Source: Eledone cirrhosa (lineage: Eukaryota). Taken from it: 64,000 bases of DNA. The translations under genes and the position numbers were made by a program. The stretch lies in contig OZ024740.1 in assembly GCA_964016885.1 (NCBI GenBank), forward strand, positions 220,658,001 to 220,722,000. Reading direction: 5' to 3'. Every line of letters begins with the position of its first letter. The first letter of the stretch is position 1. The notes beneath the pieces are model-generated. The model was not told the DNA's origin, did no database searches, and was given only the letters and a program-made list of their open reading frames with translations. Below are positions 44,059-57,240 of the stretch, piece after piece.

Positions 44059-44145
44059 TCATTTCAGCAATGACGCTAATTTAGATGATCGAAAATCAAC
44101 ACGAAGTTGTACAAAAGCCAAAATAACAGATTTGTCCAGTCCAGC
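44059..44145 (-). CDS. EXOC5: EXOC5 terminal coding exon
   Basis: [28 protein letters not shown]-stop after a long poly-T tract and CAG acceptor. Confidence 0.95.
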   Translation of the reverse strand, partial: AGLDKSVILAFVQLRVDFRSSKLASLLK

Positions 44146-47100
44146 CTGAAAAAAAAAAAAAAAATTGAATGCTAGAACATGAAGAAAACTGAAAATATTT
44201 AGAATACAAAGGATGTTTGAAGGTTTGAAAGTTAATATGCTCTGCTGGATGTGTAATGTTAGTAAGAACAACAAAGTTACATATAAGTAAAGGGAAAAAA
44301 TGGTATACGAGGAATTGGATATTATGTACAAGAGAGAAGAATGTGGTGGTATTAACATTTAATGTGTATGGAGGATGAGAGGTAAAGAAGTGAGAGGAAT
44401 TCTAAGTGGAAGGAAACCACAGAAGAAGACCAAAGAAGATGTGGACAGAAGTGGTGAAAGCTGATCATAGAATGCTGAACTTCATAAGAGAGATATCAGA
44501 GAAAATGAAACAAATGGTAGAGAGAGGATATGTTCTATCCATGCTGGCATGACAAAGCATACATAATGATGATGATGATGTTGACGATGATGATGATGAC
44601 GACAATATTGATGGTGATGGTAATGATGGCGATGATGATAGTAATAATGATGATGATAATGGTGATGATATTTGATGTATAACTGAAAAATAACTAGTAA
44701 TGTTATTCAATTCAAAATCAGAAAAATAAATTAGCACAAATTTATCTATTTAACCTAGATCATTTGTAAGCAAGCATTATAGTTCATTAAAACATTATTT
44801 TGAAAGTCCTTTTATCAAGTTGGTATCTACTCCTCATCTATACACTAAAGATAGAACTTTTAACATGCATCAGCAAGATTTGATCTGTTATATAAGTTCT
44901 CACGGGATTTTGAAATTCTCAAAGTATTTCAACCAGAATTCCAATGTACAATACCATAATTTATTTCAAGTATGGTATATACTGCTGATGCTTCTTGAAT
45001 CACTATACTGCAGGACATATTGTTTATAGAGGACATAAACAAATATCTTTGTCATTTTTTTTTTTAACAATGTTGATAATCAAGACATCCATGGCAACTG
45101 ACACACCGATACATGCACATGCATATACACATATTTGTACACACACACGTTTGCAAGAGGTTTCTTTACAGTTTCATTCATGAAACATTAGTCAGTGAGG
45201 GGATATAGTACTTTTCCAAACTGCCAAGCAGTGGTGCTGACCCCATAACCAGGCAGTTCCAAAGTGAACTTCTTAACTACACAGCCATGTCTGCACCTAC
45301 ATTTTAGTAAAACATATTACATTGTACCCTTGGTTATCACCAGTAACATGCAAAGAGGGAGGGCAGAGGATACACTGGCCCCAAGACAATCATATCAGGA
45401 CAGATGGTGGAAACCAACCAAAGTGTTACATAGGGTGCTCCATTCAATATAGCTATTGAGCATTGTGCCCACTTAGGTTTTTCAAGTGTCTATCCAATAA
45501 ACTGCACCCAATTTTTCATCCAGATAATAAAAAAACACCTACACTTGAGTTTTAGGAGAATACAATCAAGGAGATGGCCCTGGGCATCAACCCATGCACA
45601 TTACTGACTATTACTGATTTTAATCACACACATACCACCTTCAGAAACAGAAAATTGGAACACAGAAAATAATTTTAAAAATATTGTTTTGCATTACCAA
45701 AGGTTCTTCAGTGCAGACTTGTTGCAGTGTCTCAGGTACAACCATCAACAAGTTACATAAAGCATGTAATTTATCAAATAACTGATTGATGAGCGGGATC
45801 TTAAATTCTTTGACAGCTTTCCGATATTCATTTACATCACATATAACCAGCATCCCACCTAAAATAGAGTCAAACACAACAATTATTTACATATTACATG
45901 GTTAGAAAATCAACCTACTGATTAATACAACAACAATAACAACAACAACAAAAGGAAACAGACTTGATTTGTAGATAATTTATTTGAGAGTTTTAAAAAC
46001 AAAAATAGAAATATCTTATTTAAGAAAGAAAATACATGCTGAATGATGAGAAAATCTCATATAACTGACATCCCAACTAAAACTAAGTTTATCATCATCA
46101 TTATCACTGTTTAATGTCTATTTTCTATGACCATAAATCTGTTAACAGATACCTTAGAAAGTCAACAGTGTATGATAAGTGATAAGTATTTTCTTGTCAA
46201 ACAATGCCAATTTTTAATTCTTTCTGTTGGCCTAGATAAAACAACAGGAAACCATTTTTGTGTAAAACACACAAGACAGGTGAAGAAAATATGCCAACAA
46301 CCTATCAAGTTATCAGACTTTATATTATTATTTTTATGTTCACTTTTCCATATTGGCATGAGCTGGATGAAACTTTTTAAGGCAGTGTTTCTATAGCCAT
46401 ATGCCCTTCCTAATGCCAACTCATACTTTATTTCAAAGTATAGTATGTACTGTTCATCTTCACCAAACCAGTTAGCTGTGGAAAGTATTGTTTATGCAGG
46501 ACATAAGCAAATGTCATTGTTATTTTAAAGATGCCTGGAGACAAACTCACACACACACATATCTCCCTATACATCTGTACATTTGGGTTTGAAAATAAAA
46601 GGAAAAAGTGCTCAATACTAAAGTAGAGAAGATTATATATTTTTTTTCTTATATTAATTGAAATTATCCCTGAAAGTCAGAGTAGCAACAGAGAATAATT
46701 TCAGTAATATAATAAAAAAAAAAAAGTAAAAAGCAAATTTAAATAAAAAGCACCATTTAACATCCATTTTTCCATGCTAGCTTGGGTTGGAAGAGTTGTC
46801 CTGTTGTGAGACAAGTCAGATCTGGTGACCGTGTCTTGCTCATACAGAACTTTTATATATATACAAAACAGCACCCAGTCCACACTGTAAAGTGGTCATG
46901 TAGGCGCCATGGTAAAAAAGCACCTAGTACTCACTGTAAATGAGGTTGGTGTTAGGAAGGGTATCCAGATGTAGAAATCAAGCCAGAATCAGTTCTGTAT
47001 GAGCAAGACATGGTCACCCGACCTGGCATTGCCCACAACAGGACAACCCGTCTAACCCATGCTAGCGTGGAAGAATGGACATAAAACGGTGATGATGATG

Positions 47101-48271
47101 AAAACAGGTTTCATCACTGTTTCTGTCTACAAAAATTTAGAGACAAGGCATTGGTCAGTCTGAGGCTATAGTAGAAGCAAACTACTTAACCATACAGCTA
47201 TGCCATTTACAGTTGAAAAGACATGTTTCAAGAAATGTTGCAGATGATAGTGAATTTAATCTTACCTAAAGAGTTATACTGAAATTGCTGGAAATGTTCA
47301 AATATTAGTCGATGGAATCGTGTACCAAGTTCAGTGAGAACAACATCAACATTTTTACCATCTAAACTTAACCGGATATTTTCAATTTGACTGTGTAAGA
47401 AAATTACAGTCCTAGCACATGCCTATAAATTGAAGAAAAAACGTCAGATATAATAGCAAAAATTAGAAAGTATTAGCTTTATAATACATCACACACATAT
47501 GTACAAATAATAGTTGAATAAGTTGAGTAAAGTACCCCTGGAGACTTATTAAACTATTATTTATAGTTATCTGCATTGTGGCTAACATGTTTTCAAATCA
47601 TCATCATCATCGTTTAACGCACCAGCCTGAGGTATCTGATTTTTAATGCGATGAAATACCAATGATGGTTGGAAAATCACTGACGAACAACTTTTTAATC
47701 ATATGTAACCCATGTGCAACCACGCAGTATTCTTCTTTCTTCTCATGTTTTTTATATATATTTACCTCGACTGCGTTTATCTGTTTCTCTCTTACTGCTT
47801 CCCCACTCTCTCTGTTTCTCTCACCTTCTTTCGCCCCCTCTGTCTGTTACACTTTCTCTCGACTGACCTCTTCCTCACACCTCCACTCCACTCACTCTCT
47901 GTTTCTCCCCTTCTCACTTCCTCCCGTTTGGCTTGTAGTGGGTCTCTTCTTGCTTACATCTCACACACATCGGACGGTCTGTACCTCTCTTGCTCATGAA
48001 ATCCACCCAGATTATGCTGACCGGACAATCATGTTGCTTGTTTATTTTCCTATCTTCGGTTTGCTTTTATCCTTCTATGTTGTTTACTTGTCCCCCTCGC
48101 TTTACGCGATTTACTGGTCCCAATAACTTTTTTTAGTTATTGCTCGCACCAACCTGAGGTATCTGATTTTTAATGCGATGAAATACCAATGATGGTTGGA
48201 AAATCACTGACGAAGGACTTTTTTATCATATGTAACCTATGTGCAACCACGCAGTATTCTTCTTTCTTCTC

Positions 48272-48310
<39 letters not shown>

Positions 48311-49465
48311 CTTGCGGATGATATTAGTTTGCAATTTTCAACTGCTAATTTTTTTTTTTACTTCGATTGTCACTCTCGTCTTCATAAAAACAGTGACTAT
48401 ATTTCCATTATTTATTTTCAGAATAATTGATTATGAATAATTTTGAACCTCCAAATTTGTGGAAGAGACACAGAGTTCTTCTTGGAATCCACGCCGGGAG
48501 GACAAATAAGGAAATTTCAGACTTTCTCAGCGTCAGCAGGAGAATGGTGGAAAAGGTCAGAAAGGAATTGGAAGATTCAGGATTTGACTACGAAGCAACA
48601 TCAGAGAGGAAAACACATGATCGACGATCTGACGCCTTCAGAATGCCCGAGTTCATCGCTGAAGTTCAGGATATCATCAACAATGAACCTAGCAAGTCTA
48701 TGCGTGCCATTGCAAGGGTGAAAGGCATGGATGAAAAGCTCATTAGGCTGGTGGTACATGAAGACATTCACTACGTTTCATACAAGATGAGGAAAGGACA
48801 ATTTCTGTCAAAGGTGATGCAAGAAAAGCGACTGAAGCACGCAGAGAAGCTGATCAACAAGTTGGAACACCCACTGGAGTCAGACATGCTGTGGTTTTTC
48901 TCCGACGAGAAAAACTTTTGCCAAGACCAGAAGATCAACTCCCAGAACAACAGGTGGCTCGCTGTCTCATCCAAAGATGTTCCCAGAGTCATGCAGACAA
49001 AGTTTCCAGCAACAACATTGGTCTTAGGTGTGTGGTAGCAAGACTCAGTGCCCTGCCATACCAGCCAAAAGACCCAAGCCTGGCTGTCAGAGAACTTCGT
49101 TGACCACACTTCACCTGACATCTGGCCTCCCAGCTCGCCTGACTGCAACCTCCTCAACTTCTTTGTGTGGGGCGCAGTGGAACGAGACACCAACAGATCT
49201 AGCTGCAATACGAAAGACGATATGAAGGCCAGGATCACAAGTGCCTTTAGGGGCCTAAGTCGGGGGACAGTGACGAAGGCCTGTAGCCAGTTCCGAGGCC
49301 GCCTTGAAGTCGTCATCAAAGCCAATGGCGGGTTTATCGAGTGAGATCGAAAGAACAAGTCGTGAAGACAAACTGACCCAAGTTTGATATATAAATCTTA
49401 AAAAATAAAACTACTGTGTTATTTTTTCCTAGACAGTAATCTTGCGAACAAATATCCTTTGCAAC

Positions 49466-49541
<76 letters not shown>

Positions 49542-52500
49542 CAAAATCCAGAGAGGACTCGATAAGGGTTGTATATATATATAACTATATATAAACCCTG
49601 TAGAGCAAATATTTATTATTAGTACAGATTAAAAGGTCAAGCAAATAATTTCTGCTTTCTCCCTAAGCAGAATAATCTGAAACTGAGAAATATCAATCTG
49701 TAAATGCAAAAGTAAATATTAAAAAAAAATTACAACCAAATATTGTTGTGCAGATGTTCTCTTGAAATGTATGCAAGGAGAATTACATCATTAGTGAAGC
49801 AGGAAGAACAAATTCTTTCTATGAAAAAAATAAGGAAACTAATATTTTTTTTTAAATAGCCAAATAATCTCCAGCTACCATATATGGAAAATGATATTAA
49901 TAGTAGTAAAATGATTAAATATAAAGATACTGAAAATAATTGTTTCTACTATTGGCACAAGGCCAGCAATTACCCAGTACATTACTGGTACTTTATTTTA
50001 TCGACCCCGTAAGGATGAAAGGCAAAGTTAACCTCGGCAGGATTTGAACTCAGAATGGTAAGGGTCGTAACTCTATGCGTCAAAGCATCGCGTCTGACCC
50101 TCTACTGATACTGCCAATTCACCGCCCTGAAAATAATAATAATAAAAATAATAATAATAATGAAAAGATTAATAATGGTTTAGCTCATACAAAAGTATGT
50201 GCTGACCAGTGTAGATGCATGATTTAACGAAAATATAGCGAACAGATGGATGGATGGTTATCCAGATAGATTTTTGCTATTTTTAAAAAGAACAATATAC
50301 ACAAGTGATATTTACCTCAGAACGCATTTGCAAATTTGCTTCTAAGTCTGGTTTGAAATCAGATTTCTTCTGTTCTGCAGCAAGGATGTGGCGAATAGCT
50401 CCAATTATTGCAGAGATTGATCTGTTAAAGAAATTTTTTTCAAGATTAACTCTTTCTTAATCACATAGCAAACAATCCTGACAGTAAGGTGTTCTGAAAA
50501 TATGTCCATTCAAAGCAGAGACCTCACTCTCCAGTTGGTCCTCTTCGCAATCCCCACACAAGGCAGATCACTGACGATCCCAAAGAATGCGCAGAACTCA
50601 TTGCTGAGTGCTATGCAAGCATTTTTACTGTTGAAAACCAGAATGTACCATCTCCACCATCTCTATCATCAAATTCCATAACAACTATGGAATTTACACC
50701 TGCAATGTTGCGACGTCACCTTAAGAATAAGCGCAACTATGCCTCCCCTGGTCTTGATGGTGTTACATACTTGCTTCTCAAACGTGGCGGGAACTTATTT
50801 TTGCACCAGCTTTCTTTCTTCTTTCAATACTGTCTCAACAGTGGTGCTACTCCGGAGCAGTGGAAAACTACCAGTGTCATTCCCCTGTTCAAAAAGGGTG
50901 ACCGCACGTCACCTGTCAACTATCGTCCAGTCAGTCTTACTAGCTGTATTGCCAAACTGATGGAATCCTGCGTCAGAGAAACACTTTGGAACTTCTGGAA
51001 CTTTCACAGCCTCATCCGCTCCTCGCAATTTGGATTTATCCCTAACTCCAGCTGCTGTGATCAGCTTATTGAGTTCCTTGAAGACATTACCCGGATCACT
51101 GACAGCGGCTCATGGCTGGATGTTGTTTACCTTGACTTCGCTAAGGCTTTTAATTCCGTGCCACACAAAAGACTTAAGGCGAAACTCTCTGCAATGGGTG
51201 TGAAGGATGATCTTTTTAATTGGTTGAAATCCTTCATTCTCAGCCGAAAAGAGGTAGTCACGGTTCTATGACAGCATTCTTCACCATATGAGATGTCATC
51301 TGGTGTACCACAGGGATCTGTTCTTGGTCCCCTTTTGTTTGTGGCATATATTAATGAGATAGATGCCAACTTAAAGAATGCCATGGTACTGAAATATGCA
51401 GATGACATCAAGCTGTACCTTGAAATCAAAAGCACTGATCTTGAAATCTATAACTCTTTCCTACAATCAGACCTGGACACAATGCAGCAATGGATCACAG
51501 ACTGGCAACTGAAGCTGGCTGTGGACAAGTGTACCACCATGCATTTTGGGAGGAAAAATATCAAGAAGTCCTCTTGTGAACGTGACCTGGGCATTACTGT
51601 CAGCAGCGATTGCGTTGGACAAAGCATGTCTCTAAGATTGTCAAGAAGGCCAAGGGTGTCTTGGCATCACTCAGCAAGACCTTTGTTAGTCGCTCTCCAG
51701 CCATCTATTTAAAGCTGTATACAGCTATGGTACGACCACACTTGGAATTCGCATCATCAGTCTGGCACCCTTATCTTGCTCAGAACATTGACCTCCTGGA
51801 AACTGTTCAGAGACGTGCAACCAAGCGCATACCCTCCATCAGACACCTACCATACTCTGAACGCCTTGCTTCCCTGGCAATGGATTCATTGAAGCTCCGA
51901 CGTCTGGCAATGGACTTGGTAAACACCCACAAAGTTATTAACCATCTCACCAACAACAACCCTGAGCACCTTTTTGATCTCCATGTGTCTAACACACGTG
52001 GACATGCCTACAAAATCAGAAAACAGCACAGCTCCGATGACTTTCGGAAACATTTTTTCACGCTTAGAATTGCTGAAGCATGGAACAAACTGCCTGCGTC
52101 AGTTGTTAGCTGCCTAGATACTGCATCCTTTAAAACCCTCATGCTTCCTGAAATTCGCCAAAACTACACCTGATGTACCCCTTCCATACACATGTGTATA
52201 TCATGCACTGTTCATTTTCCTGACGTTTGTACATTACCCTATATACTATACATACACTTTTGATGAGTTGTAGTGCACCTGAGCACTGTACACAATATTT
52301 TCATTATTATTATTTTCAAATTTTCAATGCCCTAGGGACCACATTAGGCGATTTAGCGATCTCTCTCTATAATTCTTAGTCTTTCTCTTTTTAGGTAGAT
52401 ACATACATATAACGTCGCGGCCTTATAATATCTGTCTGTATGTCTGGCTGTTTGCATCACTTCCCTGAGGATGTGTGTGTCTGTGTGGGTGTGTGAGTTT

Positions 52501-55500
52501 GAATCCCTAAAAAACTCGAGAAGTACCCAACCGATTTTTTTCAAACTCTACATGTGTATTACTTATGTTTCAGGGAGTGTTATGCACATAAAATAATTCA
52601 ATTTTTTGATCTCCTAGGGCCCGCATTAGGTGAAAAACTGCGTTTTTTAAGCTTTTTAGGGTTTTTTTGAGGCGTTACGTCAGACCGATTTCCTTGAAAT
52701 TGCAACTATGTATCAGTCAGTCTCTTCTTCATACCGTGAGCAAAGAAAATCCAACTTTTTTATGGCCTAGGGTCCGCATTAGGTGAAAAACATTTTGGCT
52801 TTTTGGAGGCATTACGTCTAGCCGATTTTCCCGAAATTCCAAGGCATATTATGCACATAAAAATATTCATTTTCTTGATCCCCTAAGGCCCGCATTAGGT
52901 GAAAACCTGCATTTTTCCTGTTTCATCGAGGAAAATCTTAAAGATTATCCAGCCATCAGAGTATTCGGTTTATTTTCTTTACATATTGTCCAGGCATGCA
53001 GTTTTTCCATGATTAGGTCTGTTGGCAGCCCGCCTTCCAAGATACCTTATACCGTGCAATGCCGGGTACCACTGCTAGTTTCTAATAAAAGGCACTACAT
53101 ATAATTTTCAAGTAATTTTTTTTAAATAATCAAGAATTTAAGGAGATTTAGTAATATAACAGATTTTCTCATCATTAAGTTGGTGTTTGGAATAATTTAA
53201 CAAAGGTTCTTACATGGAATTATGATGGAAGGGCTTTAATATAAATATAAATACTTTAAAACAAAGTTTCAAGCAGTTGTTTGTGTTGTATTGGACTTTT
53301 GATCATAATGTCATGAGTTCGATTCCTGAACTGGGTTGTGTATTATGTTCTTGAGCAAAACACTTTATTTCCCGTTGCTCCAGTATACTCAGCTGAAGAC
53401 GAGTACAAGTAATAGTCGGGGGTTTAACCCAACGATGGACTATTGTCGTGTTCAGCAGGAGTCTTGTACTCTCAGTTGCTTCCTGCCATGGAAACTAGGA
53501 TAAGACTGGCCTGATGAGCCTTCAAGCTTAATATAGACTTTAAATATATGTAGTGTAAGTTGTGTTATGTGTTTAGTGGGACGTGTTATATTATTGAGTG
53601 ATGATTGTAGAATTATCATCATCAACAAAAACATTTCCCCTACTAAAGTAGGAGTTAGCATGGAAAGTGGATAAAAAATGATGATGGAGGGTCATATATT
53701 GAGAAGTATGAAAGTGTCTTGTTGAGAGGAGTAAGGGGAATGTGGTAGGAAGTAGAAGGGAAGACCAACAATGACATGGCTAAAAGATAATAGAAGAGGA
53801 AATGAAAACCAGTGGGTCGGTGAAGAGAGATACAGACAACAGGGCAAAATGGAGATTGTTATAAGACAGTGGCTATAACTTTAGTTTTACATAACATTTT
53901 TTCAGCTCCTTTTTTTTACCCAGCCAAGTGGCCCACTGAGAATTGCTGAAATGCCGCAAAGGCTAGCCCACCTCTGCTAGCAGGACTATCTTCATCATCA
54001 TGTAATATCCATTTACTCCAGTTAGTAAGGGTTGAATGAGTGTTTACAGACTAAGTGTGTACTCAAAAGGAGCCACTGACCTCTCAGATGTTAGTGTTGA
54101 TGCCACAATAAATGCATCCAGTTCACTCTGTAAAGTGGTAGTGCTAGTGTCATGAAAAACATACCCTGTAGGGTGGCTGGTGTTAGGAAGGACCTTCAAC
54201 CATAAATATGCCATGCCAAATATGGAATGTAATGAGCAATCCATACCAACATGGAAATCTGATATAAAATGAGGATGATGATAATAATTGTTTCTACTTT
54301 TGGCACAAGGCCAGCAATTATCCAGTACATTACTGGTACTTTATTTTATCGACCCCGTAAGGATGAAAAGCAAAGTTAACCTCAGTGCGATTTGAACTCA
54401 GAATGGCAAGGGGCGTAACTCTATACGTCAAAGCATAGTGTCCGACCCTCTACCGATACTGCCAATCCACCATAAGATGATGATAATGTTATCTTAAATG
54501 TACTTACCTGTCTAAACCGAGGTCAATTTTAGTCTCTAGCTGATCCCGAAGTTCTCTTTTTCTTTGTAAACAGGTACTATGCTTAGGTGAAGAGCTGAAA
54601 AGTAACCAAATAATACTAATAATCATTTCCACATTGGTATAAAGATACAGATTTTCAGAAAAGGATATATAATAATGGAATGAATCTCCCTGAGTGAACA
54701 ATTAAATATAAGGTTTTACTTGAGTCTAGAAATTCATTAGACCGGAGCTTATCCTAGTTTTATGTGGTGTAAAGTCACTGAGAACACAATGCTAGTCTGC
54801 TGCAAGGTTTACCCTTGCTCCACCTATCTGCTGTTGGTACACAGTTTCAGGCAAATGGACTAGAGCAATGTGAAATGAAGTGCCTTGCTGAAGGACACAA
54901 TGCACCAGACACAATGCACCAGACACAATGCACCAGACACAATGCGCCAGACTCAATGTGCCAGACTCAATGCGCCAGACACAATGCGCCAGACTCAATG
55001 TGCCAGACTCAATGTGCCAGACATAATGTGCCAGACATAATGTGCCAGACATAATGTGTCACTCAATCAGAAGACGATCATACCCACAACTTTAGGAGTG
55101 CAAGACCAACACCCTAATTATAAGCCATACATATTTTATCAACTACCTCTTGAGATGCAATGAAAGGGCCAGTCCACATCATGAGGCCTGTACTTTCAAA
55201 TGTCCAGCTTGATCCTAACTGGACTATGTAGGGGAGGCAGTTTTAGGGTCCAGGATATCAGAAATTTTTACTGTTATGAGTTCAACAAAATATCTATTAG
55301 TAAGCAGCCAGTACTTTGTTAGTAGGCAATTCTCTGGAGAAGGTATAGCTGTATGTTGCATTCCAGATTAAGGACTATACCATCTATCTGTTTAAACACA
55401 CTTACTTCACACACTAACATGCTTTAGTCACACTCGGACATGCTGTAGTCACACTCAGACATGCTGTAGTCACATTCAGACATGCTGTAGTCACACTCAG

Positions 55501-57208
55501 ACATGCTGTAGTCACATTCAGACATGCTGTAGTCACACTCAGACATGCTGTAGTCACATTCAGACATGCTGTAGTCACACTCAGACATGCTGTAGTCACA
55601 CTCAGACATGCAGTAGTCACACTCAGACATGCAGTAGTCACACTCTGACATGCTGTAGTCACACTCTGACATGTTATAGTCACAATCTGACATGTAGTCA
55701 CACTGACATGCAGTAGTCACACTCCAACATGCCATAGTCACATTCTGATGTGCAACAGTCACACTCTAACATGCCATAGTCACACTCAGACATGCCATAG
55801 TCACACTCTGACATGCTGTAGTCACATTCTGACATGCTGTAGTCACACTCAGACATGTAGTAGTCACATTCAGACATGCCATAGTCACACTCAGACATGT
55901 AGCAGTCAAACTCAGACATGCCGTAGTCACACTCAGACATGTAGCAGTCAAACTCAGACATGCCATAGTCACACTCAGACATGTAGTAGTCACACTCTGA
56001 CATGCCATAATTGTTAATTGTGTGGGGTACAATGCGACACCCAGGACAGTCCTCTCTGTCTAGGTTATTTTTGTGAAGAAGGCACATAATGAATAAGAAA
56101 ATTATTTGTAAAATATAATAAAATACAATTTATAAGAAAATGTGTAGTGAAATTTGAAATAAAACTTACAGAATCAATGGTACTAAGCTGTCCATAAATT
56201 GCTTTTCAAAAAGGTGGAAAAGAGTGTTTGCTTGACCAGTAACATCAAAGAAATAGATTTCAGGAAGGGTTCTTGCATCAGGCAATGGAATAGCTGTAAT
56301 TGAAAATTATCAAAAAATGAATGGACCCTTGATGTATAATTATGGCTTTCCTAGGCTAAGGATTTTCAATAGAGTGAATGTATTTAAAATTATTTGTGAC
56401 CCGACTCTTCATGAAATATACATTATTTGAATAAATTAATGGAGACTTAGGAAGGATTTACTAAAATGTCCTTATTAAAATGATGTTTGTAACATAACAA
56501 AAGGTTCTTATAGAAAATTATGTCAGATGGTTTGAATTTAAGTGGATGATTTTGTTTCATAGAACCAGAGGTGGTTTTGGGTAGGTTAGTATCAAAAGGG
56601 CTGTAGAGAAATTAACACAGCTATGAAACGCATGCTAAAATTAGTTATTACATCATCACCAGAAATAGCTATCATAAAACACTTGGGTATTTAAGCCCAG
56701 CAAAATCCAGCTATTACCTCCCCTCTTGCCTTCTTCTTATCCTGTTGGTTTCTGAGACATTTGACAACTGATACCCAGCTGTAGTAGTTGCTAGTCATTA
56801 AAGTATTGCTGCAGTTAGACCAGAGTTCTCAGGAAAATAAATATATCAGCTTAGATTTTCAGGGATTTTTCTCAATAATAACAAAAAAATTGTGCTTTTC
56901 TGATTCCTCATGTTTTCTCTCCTTATTGTTTTCTATATCTACCTCTCTTAATAAATGAAGAAAAAATAAAGCTTACAGAATTATGTGATGGAAATAATTT
57001 TACTGCTGAATTTTTAGAATTTATCCAAATAAATTTGCTTGTATTATAATTCAAAATACATTACCTTGTAAACCTAATTCAACTGCATAATCTATATGCT
57101 CCATAACAAGATACTGGATGAGTGTTTCTAGAATTTTCACAGCATTTGAAGGCAGATCTGATGAACTAGATATCTAAAAGCAAATATATTAACATATATA
57201 AATACATA

Positions 57209-57240
<32 letters not shown>

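Noticed and set aside
47662-48126. 154-aa hydrophobic ORF as a membrane protein
   Set aside because: Low-complexity CT-rich sequence yields Phe/Ser/Leu runs; no recognisable domain.
48771-49358. 195-aa minus-strand ORF
   Set aside because: Antisense shadow of the DD37D transposase.
53505-53530. CTGATGAG motif
   Set aside because: Part of a SINE 3' region, with no downstream GAAA box.
55414-56087. Cys/Met-rich ORFs as a metallothionein- or reflectin-like gene
   Set aside because: Open frames follow from a 21-bp unit lacking stops; intronic, frame-broken, and without true reflectin or metallothionein motifs.
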